DNA from: Macrostomum lignano
Taxonomy: Eukaryota
Assembly: GCA_002269645.1 (NCBI GenBank)
Contig: NIVC01002635.1
Location: forward strand, 62,001 to 126,000
DNA: 64,000 bases
Reading direction: 5' to 3'
Below the pieces are notes generated by a model. It was not told the origin of the DNA. It searched no databases and worked only from the letters and a program-made list of their open reading frames with translations. Below, piece by piece: positions 33,806 through 46,800 of the stretch (the first letter of the stretch is position 1; the number at the start of each line of letters is the position of its first letter). The position numbers were made by a program, and so were the translations under genes.

Positions 33806-34860
33806 AGGAGAAGAGAGGAAGAGAAGAGAGTGACATGAAGATGGGAATACAAAGATTAATCCAATGCATATTTCAATGCTTCTGCTCTTTCACCGATAAA
33901 ACTACAACAAGTTTTAGAAAATGCCGTCTCAGCGAGTTTCATCTCAGATTTCAGCTTCTCAAATCCTGAATCGCGCGTAAGTCGGTCTTGGCTGATGATG
34001 AGTAGCCATGGCGCGTTGCAGTTACCAGAGGCGCACAATTCAACCAAAGCGTACCTGTACAGTCTGTTACAGGTAGTTACCAAGTACACAGACTGCCTAG
34101 AGGCTGCCAAGTTCAGTCCGAACGTTTTTAAAGTTCTCTCCTTTCTAGCTGGATCATCGCAAGGGACTTGAGATGATTAAGAATTATCAATAATTATGTT
34201 AGTAACTACTGAGAGTAGCATGCCAGTCACCTTGCAGCTTCCTTTCTACTAGAATTGTTTAATTTTCATGGCCTCAGCTGCTCAGATCAGGTGACATCGG
34301 CCTCTGTAACCGGTTTCTCTGGCAGTTGCGCACATCATTAACTGAACTTCCATTTTGGCAAAGAGACAAAAATAGAAATTAAATCTCTGTGAGCGGTTCG
34401 AGCACTGCATTGTGAGGCCAGACGTCTCTCCTCACAAACTGCTTGCTTTCTTATTTAACACTGCGGTGAACCCTTGAAACACGAGGGCTGAGAGAAATCT
34501 TATTTATGACAGCCACTGACGCAACAAAATAAAATATTGCAGTTTTGCCTCTCTGGGCAATTTGCAGACGATGCGCTTGAGACAAAAAAGCCTCAGTTTA
34601 AACTGAGCCAAGGCTGCGGCCCGCGCTCTCTCTGCGTTCGGTGGCGAGATGGTCAGAGATTTTTCAGCTCTTGCGTTCTCATTGGATTATGAGAACAGAA
34701 CCTCTGTTTCATTGAACACAGTGTCACCTGTACAAACCTGTTCAGCTCAGGTGAGCAGTGCGAGATGAGCATAGCAGCGGGGTTTGGGGCTGCGAGTTTG
34801 TTGTGAACTTGCAGAACGTTTTGCTCATGCTTTGTTTTTCCCCTCAGTCTGCTATTAAAA

Positions 34861-37800
34861 GAAGGATAATTGGCTACTCAGGGTCTGGTGGGGCAGCTGA
34901 TGGCTGGAGATTAGAGTCAGGTGAGCAGATGAGGATAATTGGCTACTCAGGGTCTGGTGGGGCAGCTGATGGCTGGAGATGAGAGTCAGGTGAGCAGATG
35001 AGGATAATTGGCTACTCAGGGTCTGGTGGGGCAGCTGATGGGCGGAGATGAGGATAATTGGCTACTCAGGGTCTGGTGGGGCAGCTGATGGCTGGAGATG
35101 AGAGTCAGGTGAGCAGATGAGGATAATTGGCTACTCAGGGTCTGGTGGGGCAGCTGATGGCTGGAGATGAGAGTCAGGTGAGCAGATGAGGATAATTGGC
35201 TACTCAGGGTCTGGTGGGGCAGCTGATGGCTGGAGATTAGAGTCAGGTGAGCAGATGAGGATAATTGGCTACTCAGGGTCTGATGGGGCAGCTGATGGCT
35301 GAAGATGAGAGTCAGGTGAGCAGATGAGGATAATTGGCTACTCAGGGTCTGGTGGGGCAGCTGATGGCTGGAGATTAGAGTCAGGTGAGCAGATGAGGAT
35401 AATTGGCTACTCAGGGTCTGATGGGGCAGCTGATGGCTGGAGATGAGAGTCAGGTGAGCAGATGAGGATAATTGGCTACTCAGGGTCTGGTGGGGCAGCT
35501 GATGGCTGGAGATGAGAGTCAGGTGAGCAGATGAGGATAATTGGCTACTCAGGGTCTGGTGGGGCAGCTGATGGCTGGAGATGAGAGTCAGGTGAGCAGA
35601 TGAGGATAATTGGCTACTCAGGGTCTGGTGGGGCAGCTGATGGCTGGAGATGAGAGTCAGGTGAGCAGATGAGGATAATTGGCTACTCAGGGTCTGGTGG
35701 GGCAGCTGATGGGCGGAGATGAGGATAATTGGCTACTCAGGGTCTGGTGGGGCAGCTGATGGCTGGAGATGAGAGTCAGGTGAGCAGATGAGGATAATTG
35801 GCTACTCAGGGTCTGGTGGGGCAGCTGATGGCTGGAGATGAGAGTCAGGTGAGCAGATGAGGATAATTGGCTACTCAGGGTCTGGTGAGGCAGCTGATGG
35901 GCGGAGATGAGGATAATTGACTACTCAGGGTCTGGTGGGGCAGCTGATGGCTGGAGATGAGAGTCAGGTGAGCAGATGAGGATAATTGGCTACTCAGGGT
36001 CTGGTGGGGCAGCTGATGGCTGGAGATGAGAGTCAGGTGAGCAGATGAGGATAATTGGCTACTCAGGGTCTGGTGGGGCAGCTGATGGCTGGAGATGAGA
36101 GTCAGGTGAGCAGATGAGGATAATTGGCTACTCAGGGTCTGGTGGGGCAGCTGATGGCTGGAGATGAGAGTCAGGTGAGCAGATGAGGATAATTGGCTAC
36201 TCAGGGTCTGGTGGGGCAGCTGATGGCTGGAGATGAGAGTCAGGTGAGCAGATGAGGATAATTGGCTACTCAGGGTCTGGTGGGGCAGCTGATGGCTGGA
36301 GATGAGAGTCAGGTGAGCAGATGAGGATAATTGGCTACTCAGGGTCTGGTGGGGCAGCTGATGGGCGGAGATGAGAGTCAGGTGAGCAGATGAGGATAAT
36401 TGGCTACTCAGGGTCTGGTGGGCAGCTGATGGCTGGAGATTAGAGTCAGGTGAGCAGATGAGGATAATTGGCTACTCAGGGTCTGGTGGGGCAGCTGATG
36501 GCTGGAGATGAGAGTCAGGTGAGCAGATGAGGATAATTGGCTACTCAGGGTCTGGTGGGGCAGCTGATGGCTGGAGATGAGAGTCAGGTGAGCAGATGAG
36601 GATAATTGGCTACTCAGGGTCTGGTGGGGCAGCTGATGGCTGGAGATGAGAGTCAGGTGAGCAGATGAGGATAATTGGCTACTCAGGGTCTGGTGGGGCA
36701 GCTGATGGCTGGAGATGAGAGTCAGGTGAGCAGATGAGGATAATTGGCTACTCAGGGTCTGGTGGGGCAGCTGATGGCTGGAGATGAGAGTCAGGTGAGC
36801 AGATGAGGATAATTGGCTACTCAGGGTCTGGTGGGGCAGCTGATGGCTGGAGATGAGAGTCAGGTGAGCAGATGAGGATAATTGGCTACTCAGGGTCTGG
36901 TGGGGCAGCTGATGGCTGGAGATGAGAGTCAGGTGAGCAGATGAGGATAATTGGCTACTCAGGGTCTGGTGGGGCAGCTGATGGCTGGAGATGAGAGTCA
37001 GGTGAGCAGATGAGGATAATTGGCTACTCAGGGTCTGGTGGGGCAGCTGATGGCTGGAGATGAGAGTCAGGTGAGCAGATGAGGATAATTGGCTACTCAG
37101 GGTCTGGTGGGGCAGCTGATGGCTGGAGATGAGAGTCAGGTGAGCAGATGAGGATAATTGGCTACTCAGGGTCTGGTGGGGCAGCTGATGGCTGGAGATG
37201 AGAGTCAGGTGAGCAGATGAGGATAATTGGCTACTCAGGGTCTGGTGGGGCAGCTGATGGCTGGAGATGAGAGTCAGGTGAGCAGATGAGGATAATTGGC
37301 TACTCAGGGTCTGGTGGGGCAGCTGATGGGCGGAGATGAGAGTCAGGTGAGCAGATGAGGATAATTGGCTACTCAGGGTCTGGTGGGGCAGCTGATGGCT
37401 GGAGATGAGAGTCAGGTGAGCAGATGAGGATAATTGGCTACTCAGGGTCTGGTGGGGCAGCTGATGGCTGGAGATTAGAGTCAGGTGAGCAGATGAGGAT
37501 AATTGGCTACTCAGGGTCTGGTGGGGCAGCTGATGGCTGAGATGAGAGTCAGGTGAGCAGATGAGGATAATTGGCTACTCAGGGTCTGGTGGGGCAGCTG
37601 ATGGCTGGAGATGAGAGTCAGGTGAGCAGATGAGGATAATTGGCTACTCAGGGTCTGGTGGGGCAGCTGATGGCTGGAGATGAGAGTCAGGTGAGCAGAT
37701 GAGGATAATTGGCTACTCAGGGTCTGGTGGGGCAGCTGATGGCTGGAGATGAGAGTCAGGTGAGCAGATGAGGATAATTGGCTACTCAGGGTCTGGTGGG

Positions 37801-40800
37801 GCAGCTGATGGCTGGAGATGAGAGTCAGGTGAGCAGATGAGGATAATTGGCTACTCAGGGTCTGGTGGGGCAGCTGATGGCTGGAGATGAGAGTCAGGTG
37901 AGCAGATGAGGATAATTGGCTACTCAGGGTCTGGTGGGGCAGCTGATGGCTGGAGATGAGAGTCAGGTGAGCAGATGAGGATAATTGGCTACTCAGGGTC
38001 TGGTGGGGCAGCTGATGGCTGGAGATGAGAGTCAGGTGAGCAGATGAGGATAATTGGCTACTCAGGGTCTGGTGGGGCAGCTGATGGCTGGAGATGAGAG
38101 TCAGGTGAGCAGATGAGGATAATTGGCTACTCAGGGTCTGGTGGGGCAGCTGATGGCTGGAGATGAGAGTCAGGTGAGCAGATGAGGATAATTGGCTACT
38201 CAGGGTCTGGTGGGGCAGCTGATGGCTGGAGATGAGAGTCAGGTGAGCAGATGAGGATAATTGGCTACTCAGGGTCTGGTGGGGCAGCTGATGGCTGGAG
38301 ATGAGAGTCAGGTGAGCAGATGAGGATAATTGGCTACTCAGGGTCTGGTGGGGCAGCTGATGGCTGGAGATGAGAGTCAGGTGAGCAGATGAGGATAATT
38401 GGCTACTCAGGGTCTGGTGGGGCAGCTGATGGCTGGAGATGAGAGTCAGGTGAGCAGATGAGGATAATTGGCTACTCAGGGTCTGGTGGGGCAGCTGATG
38501 GCTGGAGATGAGAGTCAGGTGAGCAGATGAGGATAATTGGCTACTCAGGGTCTGGTGGGGCAGCTGATGGCTGGAGATGAGAGTCAGGTGAGCAGATGAG
38601 GATAATTGGCTACTCAGGGTCTGGTGGGGCAGCTGATGGCTGGAGATGAGAGTCAGGTGAGCAGATGAGGATAATTGGCTACTCAGGGTCTGGTGGGGCA
38701 GCTGATGGCTGGAGATGAGAGTCAGGTGAGCAGATGAGGATAATTGGCTACTCAGGGTCTGGTGGGGCAGCTGATGGCTGGAGATGAGAGTCAGGTGAGC
38801 AGATGAGGATAATTGGCTACTCAGGGTCTGGTGGGGCAGCTGATGGGCGGAGATGAGGATAATTGGCTACTCAGGGTCTGGTGGGGCAGCTGATGGCTGG
38901 AGATGAGAGTCAGGTGAGCAGATGAGGATAATTGGCTACTCAGGGTCTGGTGGGGCAGCTGATGGCTGGAGATGAGAGTCAGGTGAGCAGATGAGGATAA
39001 TTGGCTACTCAGGGTCTGGTGGGCAGCTGATGGCGGAGATGAGGATAATTGGCTACTCAGGGTCTGGTGGGGCAGCTGATGGCTGGAGATGAGAGTCAGG
39101 TGAGCAGATGAGGATAATTGGCTACTCAGGGTCTGGTGGGGCAGCTGATGGCTGGAGATGAGAGTCAGGTGAGCAGATGAGGATAATTGGCTACTCAGGG
39201 TCTGGTGGGGCAGCTGATGGCTGGAGATGAGAGTCAGGTGAGCAGATGAGGATAATTGGCTACTCAGGGTCTGGTGGGGCAGCTGATGGCTGGAGATGAG
39301 AGTCAGGTGAGCAGATGAGGATAATTGGCTACTCAGGGTCTGGTGGGGCAGCTGATGGCTGGAGATGAGAGTCAGGTGAGCAGATGAGGATAATTGGCTA
39401 CTCAGGGTCTGGTGGGGCAGCTGATGGCTGGAGATGAGAGTCAGGTGAGCAGATGAGGATAATTGGCTACTCAGGGTCTGGTGGGGCAGCTGATGGCTGG
39501 AGATGAGAGTCAGGTGAGCAGATGAGGATAATTGGCTACTCAGGGTCTGGTGGGGCAGCTGATGGCTGGAGATGAGAGTCAGGTGAGCAGATGAGGATAA
39601 TTGGCTACTCAGGGTCTGGTGGGGCAGCTGATGGCTGGAGATGAGAGTCAGGTGAGCAGATGAGGATAATTGGCTACTCAGGGTCTGGTGGGGCAGCTGA
39701 TGGCTGGAGATGAGAGTCAGGTGAGCAGATGAGGATAATTGGCTACTCAGGGTCTGGTGGGGCAGCTGATGGCTGGAGATGAGAGTCAGGTGAGCAGATG
39801 AGGATAATTGGCTACTCAGGGTCTGGTGGGGCAGCTGATGGCTGGAGATGAGAGTCAGGTGAGCAGATGAGGATAATTGGCTACTCAGGGTCTGGTGGGG
39901 CAGCTGATGGCTGGAGATGAGAGTCAGGTGAGCAGATGAGGATAATTGGCTACTCAGGGTCTGGTGGGGCAGCTGATGGCTGGAGATGAGAGTCAGGTGA
40001 GCAGATGAGGATAATTGGCTACTCAGGGTCTGGTGGGGCAGCTGATGGCTGGAGATGAGAGTCAGGTGAGCAGATGAGGATAATTGGCTACTCAGGGTCT
40101 GGTGGGGCAGCTGATGGCTGGAGATGAGAGTCAGGTGAGCAGATGAGGATAATTGGCTACTCAGGGTCTGGTGGGGCAGCTGATGGCTGGAGATGAGAGT
40201 CAGGTGAGCAGATGAGGATAATTGGCTACTCAGGGTCTGGTGGGGCAGCTGATGGCTGGAGATGAGAGTCAGGTGAGCAGATGAGGATAATTGGCTACTC
40301 AGGGTCTGGTGGGGCAGCTGATGGCTGGAGATGAGAGTCAGGTGAGCAGATGAGGATAATTGGCTACTCAGGGTCTGGTGGGGCAGCTGATGGCTGGAGA
40401 TGAGAGTCAGGTGAGCAGATGAGGATAATTGGCTACTCAGGGTCTGGTGGGGCAGCTGATGGCTGGAGATGAGAGTCAGGTGAGCAGATGAGGATAATTG
40501 GCTACTCAGGGTCTGGTGGGGCAGCTGATGGCTGGAGATGAGAGTCAGGTGAGCAGATGAGGATAATTGGCTACTCAGGGTCTGGTGGGGCAGCTGATGG
40601 CTGGAGATGAGAGTCAGGTGAGCAGATGAGGATAATTGGCTACTCAGGGTCTGGTGGGGCAGCTGATGGCTGGAGATGAGAGTCAGGTGAGCAGATGAGG
40701 ATAATTGGCTACTCAGGGTCTGGTGGGGCAGCTGATGGCTGGAGATGAGAGTCAGGTGAGCAGATGAGGATAATTGGCTACTCAGGGTCTGGTGGGGCAG

Positions 40801-43800
40801 CTGATGGCTGGAGATGAGAGTCAGGTGAGCAGATGAGGATAATTGGCTACTCAGGGTCTGGTGGGGCAGCTGATGGCTGGAGATGAGAGTCAGGTGAGCA
40901 GATGAGGATAATTGGCTACTCAGGGTCTGGTGGGGCAGCTGATGGCTGGAGATGAGAGTCAGGTGAGCAGATGAGGATAATTGGCTACTCAGGGTCTGGT
41001 GGGGCAGCTGATGGCTGGAGATGAGAGTCAGGTGAGCAGATGAGGATAATTGGCTACTCAGGGTCTGGTGGGGCAGCTGATGGCTGGAGATGAGAGTCAG
41101 GTGAGCAGATGAGGATAATTGGCTACTCAGGGTCTGGTGGGGCAGCTGATGGCTGGAGATGAGAGTCAGGTGAGCAGATGAGGATAATTGGCTACTCAGG
41201 GTCTGGTGGGGCAGCTGATGGCTGGAGATGAGAGTCAGGTGAGCAGATGAGGATAATTGGCTACTCAGGGTCTGGTGGGGCAGCTGATGGCTGGAGATGA
41301 GAGTCAGGTGAGCAGATGAGGATAATTGGCTACTCAGGGTCTGGTGGGGCAGCTGATGGCTGGAGATGAGAGTCAGGTGAGCAGATGAGGATAATTGGCT
41401 ACTCAGGGTCTGGTGGGGCAGCTGATGGCTGGAGATGAGAGTCAGGTGAGCAGATGAGGATAATTGGCTACTCAGGGTCTGGTGGGGCAGCTGATGGCTG
41501 GAGATGAGAGTCAGGTGAGCAGATGAGGATAATTGGCTACTCAGGGTCTGGTGGGGCAGCTGATGGCTGGAGATGAGAGTCAGGTGAGCAGATGAGGATA
41601 ATTGGCTACTCAGGGTCTGGTGGGGCAGCTGATGGGCGGAGATGAGGATAATTGGCTACTCAGGGTCTGGTGGGGCAGCTGATGGCTGGAGATGAGAGTC
41701 AGGTGAGCAGATGAGGATAATTGGCTACTCAGGGTCTGGTGGGGCAGCTGATGGGCGGAGATGAGGATAATTGGCTACTCAGGGTCTGGTGGGGCAGCTG
41801 ATGGCTGGAGATGAGAGTCAGGTGAGCAGATGAGGATAATTGGCTACTCAGGGTCTGGTGGGGCAGCTGATGGCTGGAGATGAGAGTCAGGTGAGCAGAT
41901 GAGGATAATTGGCTACTCAGGGTCTGGTGGGGCAGCTGATGGCTGGAGATGAGAGTCAGGTGAGCAGATGAGGATAATTGGCTACTCAGGGTCTGGTGGG
42001 GCAGCTGATGGCTGGAGATGAGAGTCAGGTGAGCAGATGAGGATAATTGGCTACTCAGGGTCTGGTGGGGCAGCTGATGGCTGGAGATGAGAGTCAGGTG
42101 AGCAGATGAGGATAATTGGCTACTCAGGGTCTGGTGGGGCAGCTGATGGCTGGAGATGAGAGTCAGGTGAGCAGATGAGGATAATTGGCTACTCAGGGTC
42201 TGGTGGGGCAGCTGATGGCTGGAGATGAGAGTCAGGTGAGCAGATGAGGATAATTGGCTACTCAGGGTCTGGTGGGGCAGCTGATGGAGTCGAGAGATGA
42301 GGATAATTGGCTACTCAGGGTCTGGTGGGGCAGCTGATGGCTGGAGATGAGAGTCAGGTGAGCAGATGAGGATAATTGGCTACTCAGGGTCTGGTGGGGC
42401 AGCTGATGGCTGGAGATGAGAGTCAGGTGAGCAGATGAGGATAATTGGCTACTCAGGGTCTGGTGGGGCAGCTGATGGCGGAGAGATGAGGATAATTGGC
42501 TACTCAGGGTCTGGTGGGGCAGCTGATGGCTGGAGATGAGAGTCAGGTGAGCAGATGAGGATAATTGGCTACTCAGGGTCTGGTGGGGCAGCTGATGGCT
42601 GGAGATGAGAGTCAGGTGAGCAGATGAGGATAATTGGCTACTCAGGGTCTGGTGGGGCAGCTGATGGCTGGAGATGAGAGTCAGGTGAGCAGATGAGGAT
42701 AATTGGCTACTCAGGGTCTGGTGGGGCAGCTGATGGCTGGAGATGAGAGTCAGGTGAGCAGATGAGGATAATTGGCTACTCAGGGTCTGGTGGGGCAGCT
42801 GATGGCTGGAGATGAGAGTCAGGTGAGCAGATGAGGATAATTGGCTACTCAGGGTCTGGTGGGGCAGCTGATGGCTGGAGATGAGAGTCAGGTGAGCAGA
42901 TGAGGATAATTGGCTACTCAGGGTCTGGTGGGGCAGCTGATGGCTGGAGATGAGAGTCAGGTGAGCAGATGAGGATAATTGGCTACTCAGGGTCTGGTGG
43001 GGCAGCTGATGGCTGGAGATGAGAGTCAGGTGAGCAGATGAGGATAATTGGCTACTCAGGGTCTGGTGGGGCAGCTGATGGCTGGAGATGAGAGTCAGGT
43101 GAGCAGATGAGGATAATTGGCTACTCAGGGTCTGGTGGGGCAGCTGATGGCTGGAGATGAGAGTCAGGTGAGCAGATGAGGATAATTGGCTACTCAGGGT
43201 CTGGTGGGGCAGCTGATGGCTGGAGATGAGAGTCAGGTGAGCAGATGAGGATAATTGGCTACTCAGGGTCTGGTGGGGCAGCTGATGGCTGGAGATGAGA
43301 GTCAGGTGAGCAGATGAGGATAATTGGCTACTCAGGGTCTGGTGGGGCAGCTGATGGCTGGAGATGAGAGTCAGGTGAGCAGATGAGGATAATTGGCTAC
43401 TCAGGGTCTGGTGGGGCAGCTGATGGCTGGAGATGAGAGTCAGGTGAGCAGATGAGGATAATTGGCTACTCAGGGTCTGGTGGGGCAGCTGATGGCTGGA
43501 GATGAGAGTCAGGTGAGCAGATGAGGATAATTGGCTACTCAGGGTCTGGTGGGGCAGCTGATGGCTGGAGATGAGAGTCAGGTGAGCAGATGAGGATAAT
43601 TGGCTACTCAGGGTCTGGTGGGGCAGCTGATGGCTGGAGATGAGAGTCAGGTGAGCAGATGAGGATAATTGGCTACTCAGGGTCTGGTGGGGCAGCTGAT
43701 GGCTGGAGATGAGAGTCAGGTGAGCAGATGAGGATAATTGGCTACTCAGGGTCTGGTGGGGCAGCTGATGGCTGGAGATGAGAGTCAGGTGAGCAGATGA

Positions 43801-46800
43801 GGATAATTGGCTACTCAGGGTCTGGTGGGGCAGCTGATGGCTGGAGATGAGAGTCAGGTGAGCAGATGAGGATAATTGGCTACTCAGGGTCTGGTGGGGC
43901 AGCTGATGGCTGGAGATGAGAGTCAGGTGAGCAGATGAGGATAATTGGCTACTCAGGGTCTGGTGGGGCAGCTGATGGCTGGAGATGAGAGTCAGGTGAG
44001 CAGATGAGGATAATTGGCTACTCAGGGTCTGGTGGGGCAGCTGATGGCTGGAGATGAGAGTCAGGTGAGCAGATGAGGATAATTGGCTACTCAGGGTCTG
44101 GTGGGGCAGCTGATGGCTGGAGATGAGAGTCAGGTGAGCAGATGAGGATAATTGGCTACTCAGGGTCTGGTGGGGCAGCTGATGGCTGGAGATGAGAGTC
44201 AGGTGAGCAGATGAGGATAATTGGCTACTCAGGGTCTGGTGGGGCAGCTGATGGCTGGAGATGAGAGTCAGGTGAGCAGATGAGGATAATTGGCTACTCA
44301 GGGTCTGGTGGGGCAGCTGATGGCTGGAGATGAGAGTCAGGTGAGCAGATGAGGATAATTGGCTACTCAGGGTCTGGTGGGGCAGCTGATGGCTGGAGAT
44401 GAGAGTCAGGTGAGCAGATGAGGATAATTGGCTACTCAGGGTCTGGTGGGGCAGCTGATGGCTGGAGATGAGAGTCAGGTGAGCAGATGAGGATAATTGG
44501 CTACTCAGGGTCTGGTGGGGCAGCTGATGGCTGGAGATGAGAGTCAGGTGAGCAGATGAGGATAATTGGCTACTCAGGGTCTGGTGGGGCAGCTGATGGC
44601 TGGAGATGAGAGTCAGGTGAGCAGATGAGGATAATTGGCTACTCAGGGTCTGGTGGGGCAGCTGATGGCTGGAGATGAGAGTCAGGTGAGCAGATGAGGA
44701 TAATTGGCTACTCAGGGTCTGGTGGGGCAGCTGATGGCTGGAGATGAGAGTCAGGTGAGCAGATGAGGATAATTGGCTACTCAGGGTCTGGTGGGGCAGC
44801 TGATGGCTGGAGATGAGAGTCAGGTGAGCAGATGAGGATAATTGGCTACTCAGGGTCTGGTGGGGCAGCTGATGGCTGGAGATGAGAGTCAGGTGAGCAG
44901 ATGAGGATAATTGGCTACTCAGGGTCTGGTGGGGCAGCTGATGGCTGGAGATGAGAGTCAGGTGAGCAGATGAGGATAATTGGCTACTCAGGGTCTGGTG
45001 GGGCAGCTGATGGCTGGAGATGAGAGTCAGGTGAGCAGATGAGGATAATTGGCTACTCAGGGTCTGGTGGGGCAGCTGATGGCTGGAGATGAGAGTCAGG
45101 TGAGCAGATGAGGATAATTGGCTACTCAGGGTCTGGTGGGGCAGCTGATGGCTGGAGATGAGAGTCAGGTGAGCAGATGAGGATAATTGGCTACTCAGGG
45201 TCTGGTGGGGCAGCTGATGGCTGGAGATGAGAGTCAGGTGAGCAGATGAGGATAATTGGCTACTCAGGGTCTGGTGGGGCAGCTGATGGCTGGAGATGAG
45301 AGTCAGGTGAGCAGATGAGGATAATTGGCTACTCAGGGTCTGGTGGGGCAGCTGATGAGAGTCAGGTGAGAGATGAGGATAATTGGCTACTCAGGGTCTG
45401 GTGGGGCAGCTGATGGCTGGAGATGAGAGTCAGGTGAGCAGATGAGGATAATTGGCTACTCAGGGTCTGGTGGGGCAGCTGATGGCTGGAGATGAGAGTC
45501 AGGTGAGCAGATGAGGATAATTGGCTACTCAGGGTCTGGTGGGGCAGCTGATGGCTGGAGATGAGAGTGAGGATAATTGGCTACTCAGGGTCTGGTGGGG
45601 CAGCTGATGGCTGGAGATGAGAGTCAGGTGAGCAGATGAGGATAATTGGCTACTCAGGGTCTGGTGGGGCAGCTGATGGCTGGAGATGAGAGTCAGGTGA
45701 GCAGATGAGGATAATTGGCTACTCAGGGTCTGGTGGGGCAGCTGATGGCTGGAGATGAGAGTCAGGTGAGCAGATGAGGATAATTGGCTACTCAGGGTCT
45801 GGTGGGGCAGCTGATGGCTGGAGATGAGAGTCAGGTGAGCAGATGAGGATAATTGGCTACTCAGGGTCTGGTGGGGCAGCTGATGGCTGGAGATGAGAGT
45901 CAGGTGAGCAGATGAGGATAATTGGCTACTCAGGGTCTGGTGGGGCAGCTGATGGCTGGAGATGAGAGTCAGGTGAGCAGATGAGGATAATTGGCTACTC
46001 AGGGTCTGGTGGGGCAGCTGATGGCTGGAGATGAGAGTCAGGTGAGCAGATGAGGATAATTGGCTACTCAGGGTCTGGTGGGGCAGCTGATGGCTGGAGA
46101 TGAGAGTCAGGTGAGCAGATGAGGATAATTGGCTACTCAGGGTCTGGTGGGGCAGCTGATGGCTGGAGATGAGAGTCAGGTGAGCAGATGAGGATAATTG
46201 GCTACTCAGGGTCTGGTGGGGCAGCTGATGGCTGGAGATGAGAGTCAGGTGAGCAGATGAGGATAATTGGCTACTCAGGGTCTGGTGGGGCAGCTGATGG
46301 CTGGAGATGAGAGTCAGGTGAGCAGATGAGGATAATTGGCTACTCAGGGTCTGGTGGGGCAGCTGATGGCTGGAGATGAGAGTCAGGTGAGCAGATGAGG
46401 ATAATTGGCTACTCAGGGTCTGGTGGGGCAGCTGATGGCTGGAGATGAGAGTCAGGTGAGCAGATGAGGATAATTGGCTACTCAGGGTCTGGTGGGGCAG
46501 CTGATGGCTGGAGATGAGAGTCAGGTGAGCAGATGAGGATAATTGGCTACTCAGGGTCTGGTGGGGCAGCTGATGGCTGGAGATGAGAGTCAGGTGAGCA
46601 GATGAGGATAATTGGCTACTCAGGGTCTGGTGGGGCAGCTGATGGCTGGAGATGAGAGTCAGGTGAGCAGATGAGGATAATTGGCTACTCAGGGTCTGGT
46701 GGGGCAGCTGATGGCTGGAGATGAGAGTCAGGTGAGCAGATGAGGATAATTGGCTACTCAGGGTCTGGTGGGGCAGCTGATGGCTGGAGATGAGAGTCAG

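Noticed and set aside
30609-33869. Long ORFs such as SQCQSVPVSA-, IIALGTEAAGRQGQL- and SPSCFCSQCDNQLSL-repeats (also 15910-17301)
   Set aside because: These are open only because the 10-bp and 45-bp repeats lack stops. They are open in several frames and on both strands, and copy number varies freely between duplicates.
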